From an uncultured Bacilli bacterium (GTDB lineage: Bacteria; Bacillota_I; Bacilli_A; RF39; UBA660), in assembly GCA_947630055.1 (NCBI GenBank), contig CANRGA010000003.1, positions 1,050 to 65,049 of the forward strand: a stretch of DNA of 64,000 nucleotides, in the 5' to 3' direction. Of this stretch, positions 50,236 through 61,593 are shown piece after piece (positions within the stretch are counted from its first letter, which is position 1; each line of letters begins with the position of its first letter). The notes below the pieces were generated by a model, which ran no database searches, was not told the DNA's origin, and saw only the letters and a program-made list of their open reading frames with translations. The position numbers and the translations under genes are program-made.

Positions 50236-50442
50236 TTACTCTTCAGTGTCAATGGTAATCCATTCAGTTGTGCCACATTCAGTGCATATTTGTGGTACTA
50301 AAACTTTTTTACCTTTAGGTAAATCAATTTTTTTCTCTAGAGTAACACAAAGCATTCCTGATTCTTGATCAATGTAGCATCTTCCTTGCTTTTGAGCTTC
50401 TTGACACTTACTACAACCTGGTTTTTTCATTTTCTTCACCAA
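50236..50442 (-). CDS. Small zinc-ribbon-like protein
   Basis: 68 aa with CSKC...CTEC pairs. The hairpin at about 50195-50228 serves as its terminator. Confidence 0.4.
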   Translation of the reverse strand: MVKKMKKPGCSKCQEAQKQGRCYIDQESGMLCVTLEKKIDLPKGKKVLVPQICTECGTTEWITIDTEE

Positions 50443-50496
50443 TATTATTATGAATAAAATAACTATAAATATTCAAATAAATAAGGTATAATTAAA

Positions 50497-51072
50497 ATGG
50501 ATGTGATAATAATGGAAAAAATTATAAATGCAAGAATTAGTAATAGACATGTTCATTTAACAAAAGAAGTTTATGATAGGCTATTTGATGATGAATTAAC
50601 TATTAAAACTAAATTAAATCAAGTAGGAGAATTTGCTTCAAATAAAACTTTAACTATTAGAGTTGGTGATAAAAAAATTGAAAATGTAAGAGTGGTTGGT
50701 CCACTTCGCAAGTATTCGCAAGTTGAAATATCTAAAAGAGATGCAAGGTTTTTAGGCGTAAATCCCCCAGTGAGAAGAAGTGGTAATTTAGAAGGTACTC
50801 CGAAAATAATTTTAGAAACTTTAAAAGGTAGTGTGGAAACAGATGGTTTGATAATAGCTAATCGTCATGTTCATATGACTCCGAGTGAAGCTAAAGATTT
50901 AGGATTAGTAGACAAGCAAATAGTAAAGATAAAAGTAAATGGAGATAAAAGTGGTGAGATGGATGCTGAAGTCAAAATAAGTGATAATGGTTATTTTGAA
51001 TTACACATTGATACTGATGATGCTAATGCTTTTTTACTTGAAGATAATGATAAGGTAACAATGATAATATGA
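50497..51072 (+). CDS. pduL: Phosphate propanoyltransferase PduL-like
   Basis: Duplicated SNRHVHL / ANRHVHM motifs and GP.R...QVE.S..DA..LG, characteristic of PduL. The start (50497 vs 50512) is uncertain. Confidence 0.8.
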   Translation: MDVIIMEKIINARISNRHVHLTKEVYDRLFDDELTIKTKLNQVGEFASNKTLTIRVGDKKIENVRVVGPLRKYSQVEISKRDARFLGVNPPVRRSGNLEGTPKIILETLKGSVETDGLIIANRHVHMTPSEAKDLGLVDKQIVKIKVNGDKSGEMDAEVKISDNGYFELHIDTDDANAFLLEDNDKVTMII

Positions 51073-52049
51073 GTTTTTTTATTGGTAATGTTGAAATTAA
51101 AAATCCTTTTATTTTAGCGCCGATGGCTGGTATTACAAGTACATCTTTTAGAAGTATATGTAAAGATATGGGTGCATCTTTAGTCGTGGGAGAAATGGTT
51201 TCTGATAAAGCATTATGTTATGATTCTAAAAAAACATATGATTTACTTAAAATGCAAGAAACAGAAAGACCTATTTCCCAGCAGATTTTTGGTAGTGATC
51301 CAGAAACAATGGCTAAAGCTGCTAAAATTGTCGAAGATTATATGCATCCAGATATAATCGATATTAATATGGGCTGTCCTGTTCCGAAAGTAGCAATTAG
51401 AAGTAAAGCTGGCAGTTCTTTATTAAAAGATCCTGCATTAGTTAGAAAAATAGTAGCTGCAGTTGTTAATGCTGTATCCATTCCCGTTACAGTTAAGATT
51501 AGAATTGGGTGGGATGAATCTAGTATAAATGCCGTCGAAATTGCTAAAATTTGTGAAGGAGCTGGTGCTAGTGCTATTTTTGTGCATGGTAGAACTCGTA
51601 AACAAGGATATACTGGTAAGGCTAATTGGCAAATTATTAAGGAAGTAGTTGATGCTGTATCTATTCCTGTTATTGGTAATGGTGATGTTAAAAGTTGTTT
51701 TGATGCTAAAAAAATGTTAGATGAATGTGGTTGTGCTGGTGTTATGATTGGCCGTGGTGCTTTAGGTAATCCATGGATTTTTAAAGAATGTGTAGAATAT
51801 TTTGAAAATGGTACTTTGCCTAAAGAGGTAACATTACTTGATAAACTTGCTATGATGAAGAGATTAACTTTAGATTTAGTTAGAGAAAAAGGAGAACATA
51901 TTGCGGTTTTAGAACTAAGAACTATGCTTATGTATTTTTTAAAAGGACTTCCAAATACTAAAGATTTAAAATTAAAATTATGTAAAGCTAATACTAAAGA
52001 GGAAATTCTAAATATTATAGATGAATATCAAAATAATATAATGGAGTAG
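51069..52049 (+). CDS. dusB: tRNA-dihydrouridine synthase (DusB-like)
   Basis: LAPMAGIT..., DINMGCP, and VHGRTR motifs. Confidence 0.9.
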   Translation: MSFFIGNVEIKNPFILAPMAGITSTSFRSICKDMGASLVVGEMVSDKALCYDSKKTYDLLKMQETERPISQQIFGSDPETMAKAAKIVEDYMHPDIIDINMGCPVPKVAIRSKAGSSLLKDPALVRKIVAAVVNAVSIPVTVKIRIGWDESSINAVEIAKICEGAGASAIFVHGRTRKQGYTGKANWQIIKEVVDAVSIPVIGNGDVKSCFDAKKMLDECGCAGVMIGRGALGNPWIFKECVEYFENGTLPKEVTLLDKLAMMKRLTLDLVREKGEHIAVLELRTMLMYFLKGLPNTKDLKLKLCKANTKEEILNIIDEYQNNIME

Positions 52050-52051
52050 TT

Positions 52052-54439
52052 ATGAAATTAGAAGAAATAACAGAAAATACTATAATTATTTGTGAAAATA
52101 GTTATAAAAAAGCTATTTTAAATTATATTGCTAGTAAAAATGTTTTTTGTCATGTTAAATTTTTTACGAAAAAAGAATTTTGGCAAGAATATTTATTTAA
52201 ATTTGATGAGAAAGCATTATATTATTTAGTTTCTAAATATAATTTAAAAATATCTATAGCTAAAATGTATTTAAACAATTTATATTATCTTCCTACTAGT
52301 AATAATGAAAATCCTAAATTAAACTTTTTAAGTAAAATAAAAAATGAATTAGCAGAACAAAAACTTTTAATTTATAATCCTTTATTTAAAAATTATATTC
52401 AAAATTATCAAATAATTGTAATGGGTTATTCATTTTTAGAAAAATGGGAAGAAGAAAAATTTAAATCTTTGAATGTAAAGATAATAAAAAAAGAAACAAC
52501 TAATAAGAAATTTATTATTAGGGAAGCAGCAAGTATTGAAGAAGAAGTAAGTTATGTGGCTCAAAGTATTGCTAAACTTTTAGATGATGGTATAAGTATT
52601 AATAATATTAAATTAATGAATGTTAATGATAGTTATTATAATATTATTAAAAGAATATTTAATTTTTATCATATACCTATTAAAATACCTAGTCAAAATA
52701 CTTTATATAATAATGTTATTGGGCAAAAATTTTTAAATAATTTAACTAGTGATTTAAATGAAACTTTACAAATTATTAAGGAAGATAATGAAGATATCTA
52801 TAATAAGATAATTAATATATGTAATAAATATGTTTTTATTACTGATTTAAAATGTTTAAAAAAATTCTTAACTTATGAATTTAAAAATACTATTATTACA
52901 GATTTTAATTTAAATAATTATGTTGATATTTTAAATATAGAAGATTATATAAGTGATGATGATTTTATTTTCTTAATGAGTTTTAATTCTGATAGTATAC
53001 CAAAATATTATCGAGATGAAGATTATTTAACTGATAATATTAAAGATATTCCTAAATATGATACGATTACTAAAAATAAAATTATTAAAGAAAATATTTT
53101 AAAAATATTAGCAAATATTAATAATTTAGTTATTACTTATAAAAAGAGTGATGGTCATAAAGAATGTTATATATCATCACTTAATAATGAACTTGATAGT
53201 GTTATAGAAAAAATTGATATTAAACTAGATAAAAGTTATGCGAAAATTTTAAGTAAATTAGAATATGCTAAATGCTTATATAATTATTATACTTATGGAG
53301 TAGTTAGTGAGGATTTGTTAATTTATCAAAATAGTATTTCTGATTTGGAGGAAAATTATAATACTTTTGATAATACTTTTAAAGGAATTGATAACAATAA
53401 TTTATTAAAATATTTAAATAATAGACTAACTTTATCTTATAGTGCTTTAAATAATTATAATAGATGTGCTTTTCGTTATTATTTAGAGAATATTTTACAA
53501 ATAGATCCTTTTGTCGAAAGTTTTGATACTTTTATAGGTTCTTTATTTCATGATGTTTTAGAGAAATGTTTAAATAATAATTTAGATATAGATATAGAAA
53601 TTAAAAATTATTTACAAAAGTATAATAAAGAATTTACTTTTAAAGAAAGATTTTATTTAAATAAAATAATTGCGGAGATTAAATTTGCTTTTAATGTTAT
53701 TAGAAGTCAAAATGCATATATTGGTCTTGATAAACATTTATATGAAAAGAAAATAATTATTGATAAAAGTAGAGAAATTAATATTTATTTTAAAGGTATA
53801 ATTGATAAAATTTTATATAAAGAAGAAGATGGTAAAACTTATATAGCTATTATTGATTATAAATCAGGTTCAATTAATACCGAACTTAAATATCTACCAT
53901 ACGGTTTAAGTTTACAATTACCAATATATTTATATTTAGTAAAGAAATCTGAATTATTTAAAAATCCTTATTTTGCTGGATTTTATTTACAACATGTTTT
54001 AAATAATACCTCTATTGTTAAGAATAATAGTAATACTTATTTAGAACAAAAAGAAGCATCTTTAAAATTAGAAGGTTATTCTAATAGTAATATAAATACT
54101 TTAGCTAAATTTGATAATAGTTTTGCATCTAGTAAATTAATTAGAGGGATGAAATTAAAAAATGATGGTAATTTTTATACTAATGCGAAAATTTTAAGTG
54201 ATGCTGCCATTAATAAAGTAATAGAGTTAACAGAAAAAAATATTGATGACGCGATAAACAATATTATAAAAGGTGATTTTCCAATTAATCCGAAAAAGAT
54301 TGGCGTAGACAAATATATTGGTTGTGAATATTGTAAATTTAAAGATATTTGTTTTAGAAGAGAAAATAATTATGTTAAATTACCAGAAATAGCTAATTTA
54401 GATTTTTTAGGAGGTGATAGTAATGCCGAAATGGACTAA
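52052..54439 (+). CDS. addB: Helicase-exonuclease AddAB subunit AddB/RexB
   Basis: Upstream of and overlapping addA. C-terminal PD-(D/E)XK nuclease with an Fe-S cysteine pattern (…RCAFRYY… and …GCEYCKFKDICF). Confidence 0.8.
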   Translation: MKLEEITENTIIICENSYKKAILNYIASKNVFCHVKFFTKKEFWQEYLFKFDEKALYYLVSKYNLKISIAKMYLNNLYYLPTSNNENPKLNFLSKIKNELAEQKLLIYNPLFKNYIQNYQIIVMGYSFLEKWEEEKFKSLNVKIIKKETTNKKFIIREAASIEEEVSYVAQSIAKLLDDGISINNIKLMNVNDSYYNIIKRIFNFYHIPIKIPSQNTLYNNVIGQKFLNNLTSDLNETLQIIKEDNEDIYNKIINICNKYVFITDLKCLKKFLTYEFKNTIITDFNLNNYVDILNIEDYISDDDFIFLMSFNSDSIPKYYRDEDYLTDNIKDIPKYDTITKNKIIKENILKILANINNLVITYKKSDGHKECYISSLNNELDSVIEKIDIKLDKSYAKILSKLEYAKCLYNYYTYGVVSEDLLIYQNSISDLEENYNTFDNTFKGIDNNNLLKYLNNRLTLSYSALNNYNRCAFRYYLENILQIDPFVESFDTFIGSLFHDVLEKCLNNNLDIDIEIKNYLQKYNKEFTFKERFYLNKIIAEIKFAFNVIRSQNAYIGLDKHLYEKKIIIDKSREINIYFKGIIDKILYKEEDGKTYIAIIDYKSGSINTELKYLPYGLSLQLPIYLYLVKKSELFKNPYFAGFYLQHVLNNTSIVKNNSNTYLEQKEASLKLEGYSNSNINTLAKFDNSFASSKLIRGMKLKNDGNFYTNAKILSDAAINKVIELTEKNIDDAINNIIKGDFPINPKKIGVDKYIGCEYCKFKDICFRRENNYVKLPEIANLDFLGGDSNAEMD

Positions 54440-57400
54440 AGAACAAAGAGAAGCCATTGAAAAAGATGGTACTAATATAATTGTTTCAGCTGGTGCCGGT
54501 TCTGGTAAAACAGCAGTTTTAACAGAAAGAGTAATTTATAAATTACAAAAAGGAATAAAAATAAATGAACTTCTTATTTTAACATTTACTAATGCTGCAG
54601 CTAGCGAAATGAAAGATCGTATTAGAAAAAATATTGTAAAACATCCAGAATTACAAGATAATTTAGATTATTTAGAAAGTGCTTATATAACTACTTTTGA
54701 TTCTTATACGCTATCTTTAGTTAAGAAATATAGTTATCTTTTAAATATTAGTAATGACTTAAAAATAGTCGATTCAGGTATTATTTCGCTTTTAAAAAGT
54801 GATATTCTAGATGAAATATTTGAAGAATATTATAAAAGTAATAATGAATATTTTCAAAAAATGATTAATGATTTAACTATTAAAAATGATACTAATTTAA
54901 AAAAAGAATTACTTAAAATAATTGATAAAATAACTTTAAAAAGTAATCCTTTAGAATACTTAGATAATTATCTTAATGAATTTTTAAGTGATGCTGCTAT
55001 TAATAAATATCTCCAAGAATATGAAGAATATTTACATACTAAAATTAATAATATTGAAAATTTAATTATGCAAATAGATACTAGTATTTATCCTGATTAT
55101 GCCTCTAAAATGAGTGATGCTTTTGCGCCATTAATTGCCTCATCTTCTTATGATGATATAGTGAGAAATATTCCTACTAGATTACCTAGTAAACCTAAAA
55201 ATAGTGAAGACTTAGAAGATTTTAAAAATGAATTTAATACAGAATATAAAGATTTTAAAGAATCAATTAGATTTTTAAATAGTAATGAAATAAAAAATTC
55301 TTTTAATATTTTAAAAGAGTATTTCGAAGTATTAATACCGATATTTAAAGAATTTTTTAAGAGACTTAATAATTATAAATTTAAAAATGATGTTTATGAA
55401 TTTAGCGATATTTCTTCTTTAGCTATTAAATTATTAAAAGAAAATGATTATATAAAAGAAGAGTTAAAAAATAGTTTTAAAGAAATATTAGTAGATGAAT
55501 ATCAAGATACTAATGATATACAAGAAGAATTTATTAATTTGATTCAAAATAATAATGTTTATATGGTTGGTGATATTAAACAATCTGTTTATGGTTTTCG
55601 TAATGCTAATCCAAGTATCTTTAAAAATAAATATGATAGATATAGTAAACTATCTGGTGGTATTAAAATTGATTTACTAGCTAATTTTCGATCAAGATGT
55701 GAAGTAATAAATAATATTAATGAGATATTTTCATCCTTAATGACTGATGATTTAGGGGGTGCCAATTATAAAATAGATCATCAAATGAATTTTGGTAATC
55801 TTACTTATGAAGAAAATAAAACAAATGATAATTATAATTTAGAAATATTAAATTATAATGTTATTGATAATTTTACAAAAGAAGAAATAGAATACTTTAT
55901 TATAGCGAAAGATATTTTAAAAAAGATTAAAAATAATTATCAAGTATTAGATAAAGATAGTCAAAAATTAAGATGTGCTACTTATAAAGATTTTTGTATA
56001 ATTTTAGATCGAGGTAAAACTTTTCCAATAGCCAAAAAAATCTTTGAATATTTAGGTATTCCTTTAACTATTTATGAAGATAAAGATTTAACTAATGAAA
56101 TTGATGCAATACTTATAAATAATTTATTAGGATTTATTTTAAAGATAAAAGATAATATTATAGATACTGAATTTAAATATTATTTTATGAGTATTGCTAG
56201 ATCTTTTATCTTTGCATATAATGATAATACTATTTTTAATATTATTGCTAATAATTCTTATGTAGATACCGATATTTATAAAATAGCGAAAGAATTAGCT
56301 AATAATTTAGATAGTTTAAGTAATTATGATTTAATAAATAAAATTATCAATGATTTTAATATTTATGAGGCAATTATTAAAATAGGTAATGTTGAAGATA
56401 TTATTATTAGATTAGATAATTTACTTGATATAGCTAAAAATTTAGATATGATGGGTTATACTTATCAAGACTTTAAAGAATATTTAAATAGAATCATAAC
56501 AGATGATAATAATAAAATTAAATATGTTAATGTAATGAGTAATCAAGACAGTGTTAAAATAATGAATATTCATAAATCAAAAGGGTTAGAATTTCCAATT
56601 TGTTACTTTTGTGGTTATCATAAAGAATTTAATAGAGAAGATGTTAAGAAAAAATATGTTTATGATAATAAATATGGAATTATTTTACCATATTTTGATG
56701 AAGGAATTACTAATAGTATTTTAAAAGATTTATTTAAAAATAAACATTTAAATAATGATATATCAGAAAAAATTAGATTATTTTATGTTGCTCTTACTAG
56801 AGCAAGAGAAAAGATAATTATTGTAACTAGTTTAGAAGAAAATGAGAAATATATAGGAAGTTATAAATCATTTTTAGATTTTTTAATAAGTATTAAAAAA
56901 CATTTAAATAAATACATTACCAATGTTAATTTAGATACTCTTGGTTTAACTCAAGATTATTTATATGGTAGTGCTAATAATAGTATAGAACAACATCTTA
57001 AAGAAAATAAAATTGTTTTTGCTAATTTAAATATAGCTAATAGAGAAATAACTAATAAAAAAGCTTCTAAAGAAGTTAATAAATTACTTACTACAGATGA
57101 ACTTAATACTTTAGAATATGGTACATATATACATAAATATATGGAACAAACAGATTTTTTTAAAGTTGAAAATGATAATCCATGTAAAGATGCTATCGAA
57201 TATTTAGTTAATAAATTAAATATTACTAAAGAGACTAAAATATATAAAGAACATGAATTTATAAGTAAAAAAGATGATATTGAATATAATGGCATTATTG
57301 ATTTAGTATTAGAAAATAATAATAATGTTATAGTAGTAGATTATAAATTAAAAAATATAGATGATGAAAAATATTTAGAACAATTAAAAATATATTATGA

Positions 57401-57485
57401 TTATTTAAAAACTATATTTGATAAAGAAATAAAAGTATATTTATTTAGTATTTTGAATAAAGAATTAAGAGAAATTACTATTTAA
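54423..57485 (+). CDS. addA: Helicase-exonuclease AddAB subunit AddA (UvrD-like helicase plus nuclease)
   Basis: WTKEQREAI, Walker A SAGAGSGKT, LVDEYQDTN, GDIKQSVYGFR, C-terminal nuclease GIIDLV...DYK. ATG 54423 follows ggagg. Confidence 0.9.
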   Translation: MPKWTKEQREAIEKDGTNIIVSAGAGSGKTAVLTERVIYKLQKGIKINELLILTFTNAAASEMKDRIRKNIVKHPELQDNLDYLESAYITTFDSYTLSLVKKYSYLLNISNDLKIVDSGIISLLKSDILDEIFEEYYKSNNEYFQKMINDLTIKNDTNLKKELLKIIDKITLKSNPLEYLDNYLNEFLSDAAINKYLQEYEEYLHTKINNIENLIMQIDTSIYPDYASKMSDAFAPLIASSSYDDIVRNIPTRLPSKPKNSEDLEDFKNEFNTEYKDFKESIRFLNSNEIKNSFNILKEYFEVLIPIFKEFFKRLNNYKFKNDVYEFSDISSLAIKLLKENDYIKEELKNSFKEILVDEYQDTNDIQEEFINLIQNNNVYMVGDIKQSVYGFRNANPSIFKNKYDRYSKLSGGIKIDLLANFRSRCEVINNINEIFSSLMTDDLGGANYKIDHQMNFGNLTYEENKTNDNYNLEILNYNVIDNFTKEEIEYFIIAKDILKKIKNNYQVLDKDSQKLRCATYKDFCIILDRGKTFPIAKKIFEYLGIPLTIYEDKDLTNEIDAILINNLLGFILKIKDNIIDTEFKYYFMSIARSFIFAYNDNTIFNIIANNSYVDTDIYKIAKELANNLDSLSNYDLINKIINDFNIYEAIIKIGNVEDIIIRLDNLLDIAKNLDMMGYTYQDFKEYLNRIITDDNNKIKYVNVMSNQDSVKIMNIHKSKGLEFPICYFCGYHKEFNREDVKKKYVYDNKYGIILPYFDEGITNSILKDLFKNKHLNNDISEKIRLFYVALTRAREKIIIVTSLEENEKYIGSYKSFLDFLISIKKHLNKYITNVNLDTLGLTQDYLYGSANNSIEQHLKENKIVFANLNIANREITNKKASKEVNKLLTTDELNTLEYGTYIHKYMEQTDFFKVENDNPCKDAIEYLVNKLNITKETKIYKEHEFISKKDDIEYNGIIDLVLENNNNVIVVDYKLKNIDDEKYLEQLKIYYDYLKTIFDKEIKVYLFSILNKELREITI

Positions 57486-57536
57486 TTTATTATATACAAA
57501 TTATAAAAAAATGTTATAATTAGATAGAGTGATAGT

Positions 57537-59480
57537 ATGAAGAAGTTAAATTTATTTTTTACATTTTTTATTAGTTTTATTTATATGGAACTAGTATATA
57601 AAATATTTATATATCATAGTATATTTAGATTATCTATAATAAATATGGTATTATTTTTGATACCTTTTAGTTTACTATTAAGTGTATTATGTAATGCTTT
57701 TAAAAATGAGAAAGTTAATAAAGCAATTTATATCGTTTTATTTAGTTTAATTGCTATTTGGTTTAGCGCCCAATATGTGGTAAAATCTTATTTTGATTTT
57801 TATATATCTTTATCGACATTTCAAGTAGCAGATCAAGTAACTGATTTTATGGGTAAAGCTGTTTTAGAAACTTTAAGAAGAATACCAGTATTAATATTAT
57901 TCTTTGTTCCACTTATATTAAGTATAATATTTAGAAAACATCTTCATTTTAGACAAAATAGTTTAAAGAAAAATTTAGTATTATTGTGTATGACATTAGG
58001 TTTTTATGGCGTATATTTAGTAGGACTTAATATAGGTAAAAAAGAAACTTATTCCGCTTATAATCTATATTATAAAGTAAATGATATATCTTTAAGTGTG
58101 GAAAATTTTGGTGTCTTAAATACTTTCTGTATAGATACTAAAAGAGCCATATTTGGTTTTGATGCGAAAATAGTAAATGTTGATAATCCATTATCTAAGG
58201 GAAAAGATAAAGATACACCAAAAGTGTATGAATATAATAATTTAGATATTGATTTTGATAGTTTAATTGAAAGTGAAAGTAATAGTACAATTAAAAGTAT
58301 GCATGAATATTTTAAAAGTGATCCAGGTACTTTACAAAATGAATATACAGGATTTTTTAAAGATAAAAATTTAATATTATTTATGGCAGAATCATTTAAT
58401 GAAGTAGCGGTTAAAAAAGAAATAACTCCAACTTTATATAAACTTGTTAATAGTGGTTTTGTTTTTGAAGATTTTTATACGCCAACTATCTTTAGTACAA
58501 TTGGCGGAGAATTCCAAGAGTTAACTGGTCTATATGCATCTGGTACAGATATATTAGGTAAGTTTAGAAGTGGTAAAGTGTCTTTCCCTCAAGGAGTAGC
58601 GACTAAATTTAAAGAAGCTGGTTATAAAACTTATGCTTATCATAATAATTTTGCTTCATTTCAAGATCGTAATAAATATTTACCAAGTTTAGGCTTTGAT
58701 TATTTTAAAGCATGTGGCACTGGTATTGAAAAGATAATGAGTTGTAGTCCATGGCCTAGAAGTGATTTAGAAATGGTTGATGCTACTATTAATGAATATG
58801 TTAATGATGATAAATTTATGGTATTCTATGCTTCTAATTCAGGGCATTCTGGTTATGATGGTTTTAATGCTAATCATATGGCTAAGAAAAATAAAGATGA
58901 ATATCTTGCAAGTGGCTTAAATTATTCTACTAGAGCCGCAACTTACTTAGCAGCTAATATGGAACTTGATAAAGCCTTAGAATCATTAATTAATAAACTA
59001 GAAGAAGCAGGTAAGTTAGATGATACAGTTATTGCTTTAGTCGGGGATCATTATCCATATGAACTAAATATGAGTGAAATGAATGAAATGGCTGATTATG
59101 AAAAAGATTCAGTTGTTGAAGTAAATCATAGTAATTTCATTTTTTGGAATAATAAAATGGATACAGTTAAAGTATCTAAAGTAGGTAGTCAAATAGATGT
59201 TATTCCAACAATATATAATGCTTTTGGCATAAAATATGATTCAAGATTATTTATTGGTAAAGATATATTAAGTACTGAAGGTGGACTAGCCATGTTTGGT
59301 AATAAGTCTTGGGTATCAGACAAAGGAACATACTTCTCATCTAGTGGTAAATTTGTTCCTAAAGATGGTGAGACTGTAGATGATGAATATGTTAAATCAA
59401 TGAATCAAATAGTACTTAATAAAATAAATATGAGTCATAATATCATAACTAATAATTATTATAGTAAAGTATTAAATTAA
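57537..59480 (+). CDS. LTA synthase-family sulfatase-domain membrane protein (LtaS-like)
   Basis: Five N-terminal TM segments plus an extracellular alkaline-phosphatase-superfamily domain (…LILFMAESF…, …GDHYPY…). Confidence 0.75.
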   Translation: MKKLNLFFTFFISFIYMELVYKIFIYHSIFRLSIINMVLFLIPFSLLLSVLCNAFKNEKVNKAIYIVLFSLIAIWFSAQYVVKSYFDFYISLSTFQVADQVTDFMGKAVLETLRRIPVLILFFVPLILSIIFRKHLHFRQNSLKKNLVLLCMTLGFYGVYLVGLNIGKKETYSAYNLYYKVNDISLSVENFGVLNTFCIDTKRAIFGFDAKIVNVDNPLSKGKDKDTPKVYEYNNLDIDFDSLIESESNSTIKSMHEYFKSDPGTLQNEYTGFFKDKNLILFMAESFNEVAVKKEITPTLYKLVNSGFVFEDFYTPTIFSTIGGEFQELTGLYASGTDILGKFRSGKVSFPQGVATKFKEAGYKTYAYHNNFASFQDRNKYLPSLGFDYFKACGTGIEKIMSCSPWPRSDLEMVDATINEYVNDDKFMVFYASNSGHSGYDGFNANHMAKKNKDEYLASGLNYSTRAATYLAANMELDKALESLINKLEEAGKLDDTVIALVGDHYPYELNMSEMNEMADYEKDSVVEVNHSNFIFWNNKMDTVKVSKVGSQIDVIPTIYNAFGIKYDSRLFIGKDILSTEGGLAMFGNKSWVSDKGTYFSSSGKFVPKDGETVDDEYVKSMNQIVLNKINMSHNIITNNYYSKVLN

Positions 59481-59584
59481 AAAATATATTAAATAATCTA
59501 CATAAAATAAAATATGTAGATTTTTTATATACTATTTTGTTTGATTTGTGCTATAATTTTTTAGGAAAATAGGAGTGATGAAAA

Positions 59585-60103
59585 ATGGAAAAAAGAAAAA
59601 AAGAAATTGTAAAAATGTTACTAAATCAAAATTTAGATGCTAAAAGTGAAGAAGAAATTATTGATCTTTTAGTTGATAATCCAATATCTATTGATGTTGA
59701 TAAGGAAAATGATGCCAAAATGACTTTTGGTGATAGAGTGGCAGACAAGTTATCGGCCGTTGCTGGTAGTTGGACTTTTATTATTTGTTTCTGTTTATTT
59801 TTATTATTTTGGATTATTTTAAATGGTGTATTAATGGCAAGTAACGCCCTAGATCCATATCCATTTATTTTGCTTAATTTACTTTTGTCTTGTTTAGCAG
59901 CGCTTCAAGCTCCTGTAATTATGATGAGTCAAAATAGAGAAGCAAAAAAAGATTCAATTAGAAATAAAAATGATTATCATACTGATTTAAAAAGTGAACT
60001 TATTTTAGAAGATTTATATGATCAATTAGATGAATTACAAGAAAATCAAAGAAAAATGATAGAATATTTAGAAAATCTTAATAAGAAGAATAAAAGTAAG
60101 TAA
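59585..60103 (+). CDS. DUF1003-family membrane protein
   Basis: FGDRVADKLSAVAGSWTFI...DPYPFILLNLLLSCLAALQAPVIMMSQNR is the characteristic DUF1003 core. Confidence 0.65.
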   Translation: MEKRKKEIVKMLLNQNLDAKSEEEIIDLLVDNPISIDVDKENDAKMTFGDRVADKLSAVAGSWTFIICFCLFLLFWIILNGVLMASNALDPYPFILLNLLLSCLAALQAPVIMMSQNREAKKDSIRNKNDYHTDLKSELILEDLYDQLDELQENQRKMIEYLENLNKKNKSK

Positions 60104-60176
60104 ATCCTAATGATTTGCTTTTTATTTTGTAACAAAATTAATTTTTTTTAGTATATATAATGAACGGAGATTAAAT

Positions 60177-60665
60177 ATGGAAAATGAATTTACAGAAATT
60201 TATGCCAAATATTATCAGAGTATTTACTGTTATCTTTTAACACTTAGTAAAAATAGTGCTATAGCGGAAGAAATAACACAAGAAACTTTTTATAAAGCTT
60301 TAAAAAATATAAAAAGATATAATCCAAAATACAAAATGCTTACTTGGCTTTGTAATATTGCTAAAAATACTTATTATACAAATTATCAAAAAAATAAAAG
60401 ATATACAGAGCTTCCTGATAATTTAGAAGAAAATGAAAAATCTATTATTGATAAGATAATAGATAATGAAACGAATGAAAAACTTTTAAAAATAATACAT
60501 AAGTTAGATGAGCCATATAAAGAAGTATTTACATTAAGAGTATATGGTGAAGTATCATTTAAACAAATTGGTGACATATTTAATAAAACAGAAAGTTGGG
60601 CTAGAGTAACTTTCTATCGTTCAAAAATAAAAATAAAGGAGAAATTAGATGAAAAAGAAATGTAA
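60177..60665 (+). CDS. ECF-type RNA polymerase sigma factor
   Basis: Region 2 (ITQETFYKALKNI) and region 4 (FKQIGDIFNKTESWARVTFYRSK). Overlaps the downstream anti-sigma gene. Confidence 0.85.
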   Translation: MENEFTEIYAKYYQSIYCYLLTLSKNSAIAEEITQETFYKALKNIKRYNPKYKMLTWLCNIAKNTYYTNYQKNKRYTELPDNLEENEKSIIDKIIDNETNEKLLKIIHKLDEPYKEVFTLRVYGEVSFKQIGDIFNKTESWARVTFYRSKIKIKEKLDEKEM

Positions 60666-61575
60666 TATTGTTAAAGATTTATTACCTCTGTATTTAGATA
60701 ATGTTTGTTCCAAAGAAACTGAAGAATTTGTTAAAGAGCATTTAAAAGAATGTAATGCTTGTCAAAAGTATTTAGAAGAATTAAAATTTAATGTAAAAAG
60801 CGCTAAAACTAAAGATGTTAAATCATTTAAAAAAATTATTAAAAAGATTAATTTTAAAATAATAAGGAATACAATTATAATAATTTGTTTATTATTTGCC
60901 ATTTATATACCTGTTAAATATTTTTGTGCTAATTATAAGTTTCCTTTGGAATATAATAAAGATGTGCTAATACTTCTTCATAAAGATCTCTATAATGAAA
61001 AAACTAAAAGGTGGAATTTTCAATTTCATATGCCGAAGATGGCTAATGCTTATGGTATTTCTAAAGAAATATATGAAAATGGCGAAAAAGTTAATGTAAT
61101 TTTCTTAACTGCTATGTCAACTCCAACTGATTATTTACATAATGTTGGTGGAGGTACTGCTCCAGATATGGATTATGAAAATATTAATCCGAATGAAAAA
61201 ATGAAAGTTTACTATACAACTGAAGAATTAGAGGAAATAAAAAATGCTAGTAATAATGAGTTAGAACATTATCTAAAAAATGCTACATTGATATTTAGTA
61301 ATGATGAAAAGAAGTCAGAAATTAGTTGTAATCTAAATAATAAAGAATATAAATTTAATTTAACTTATTATAATGAAAATGGTCAAATTACTAATATAGA
61401 AAATGATGATACTTTACCACAAGATTTACTATGTAATTCAGCATCAATTTATAAAGGTGATTATAAGACAATTATTTGTGGTATATATCCTCTTAAAGAA
61501 GATGTTTTTGAAAAAGTAAATAATTATATGACATCTCTTGGTGGTAGTTGTACAGAAAAAGTAATAAATAATTAA
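60649..61575 (+). CDS. Anti-sigma factor, zf-HC2 type, single TM
   Basis: N-terminal C..V..LL..YLD...S.E....V..HL..C..C motif (CNIVKDLLPLYLDNVCSKETEEFVKEHLKECNAC), followed by a TM segment. Confidence 0.7.
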   Translation: MKKKCNIVKDLLPLYLDNVCSKETEEFVKEHLKECNACQKYLEELKFNVKSAKTKDVKSFKKIIKKINFKIIRNTIIIICLLFAIYIPVKYFCANYKFPLEYNKDVLILLHKDLYNEKTKRWNFQFHMPKMANAYGISKEIYENGEKVNVIFLTAMSTPTDYLHNVGGGTAPDMDYENINPNEKMKVYYTTEELEEIKNASNNELEHYLKNATLIFSNDEKKSEISCNLNNKEYKFNLTYYNENGQITNIENDDTLPQDLLCNSASIYKGDYKTIICGIYPLKEDVFEKVNNYMTSLGGSCTEKVINN

Positions 61576-61593
61576 AGTGCTTTTTAAAATGTG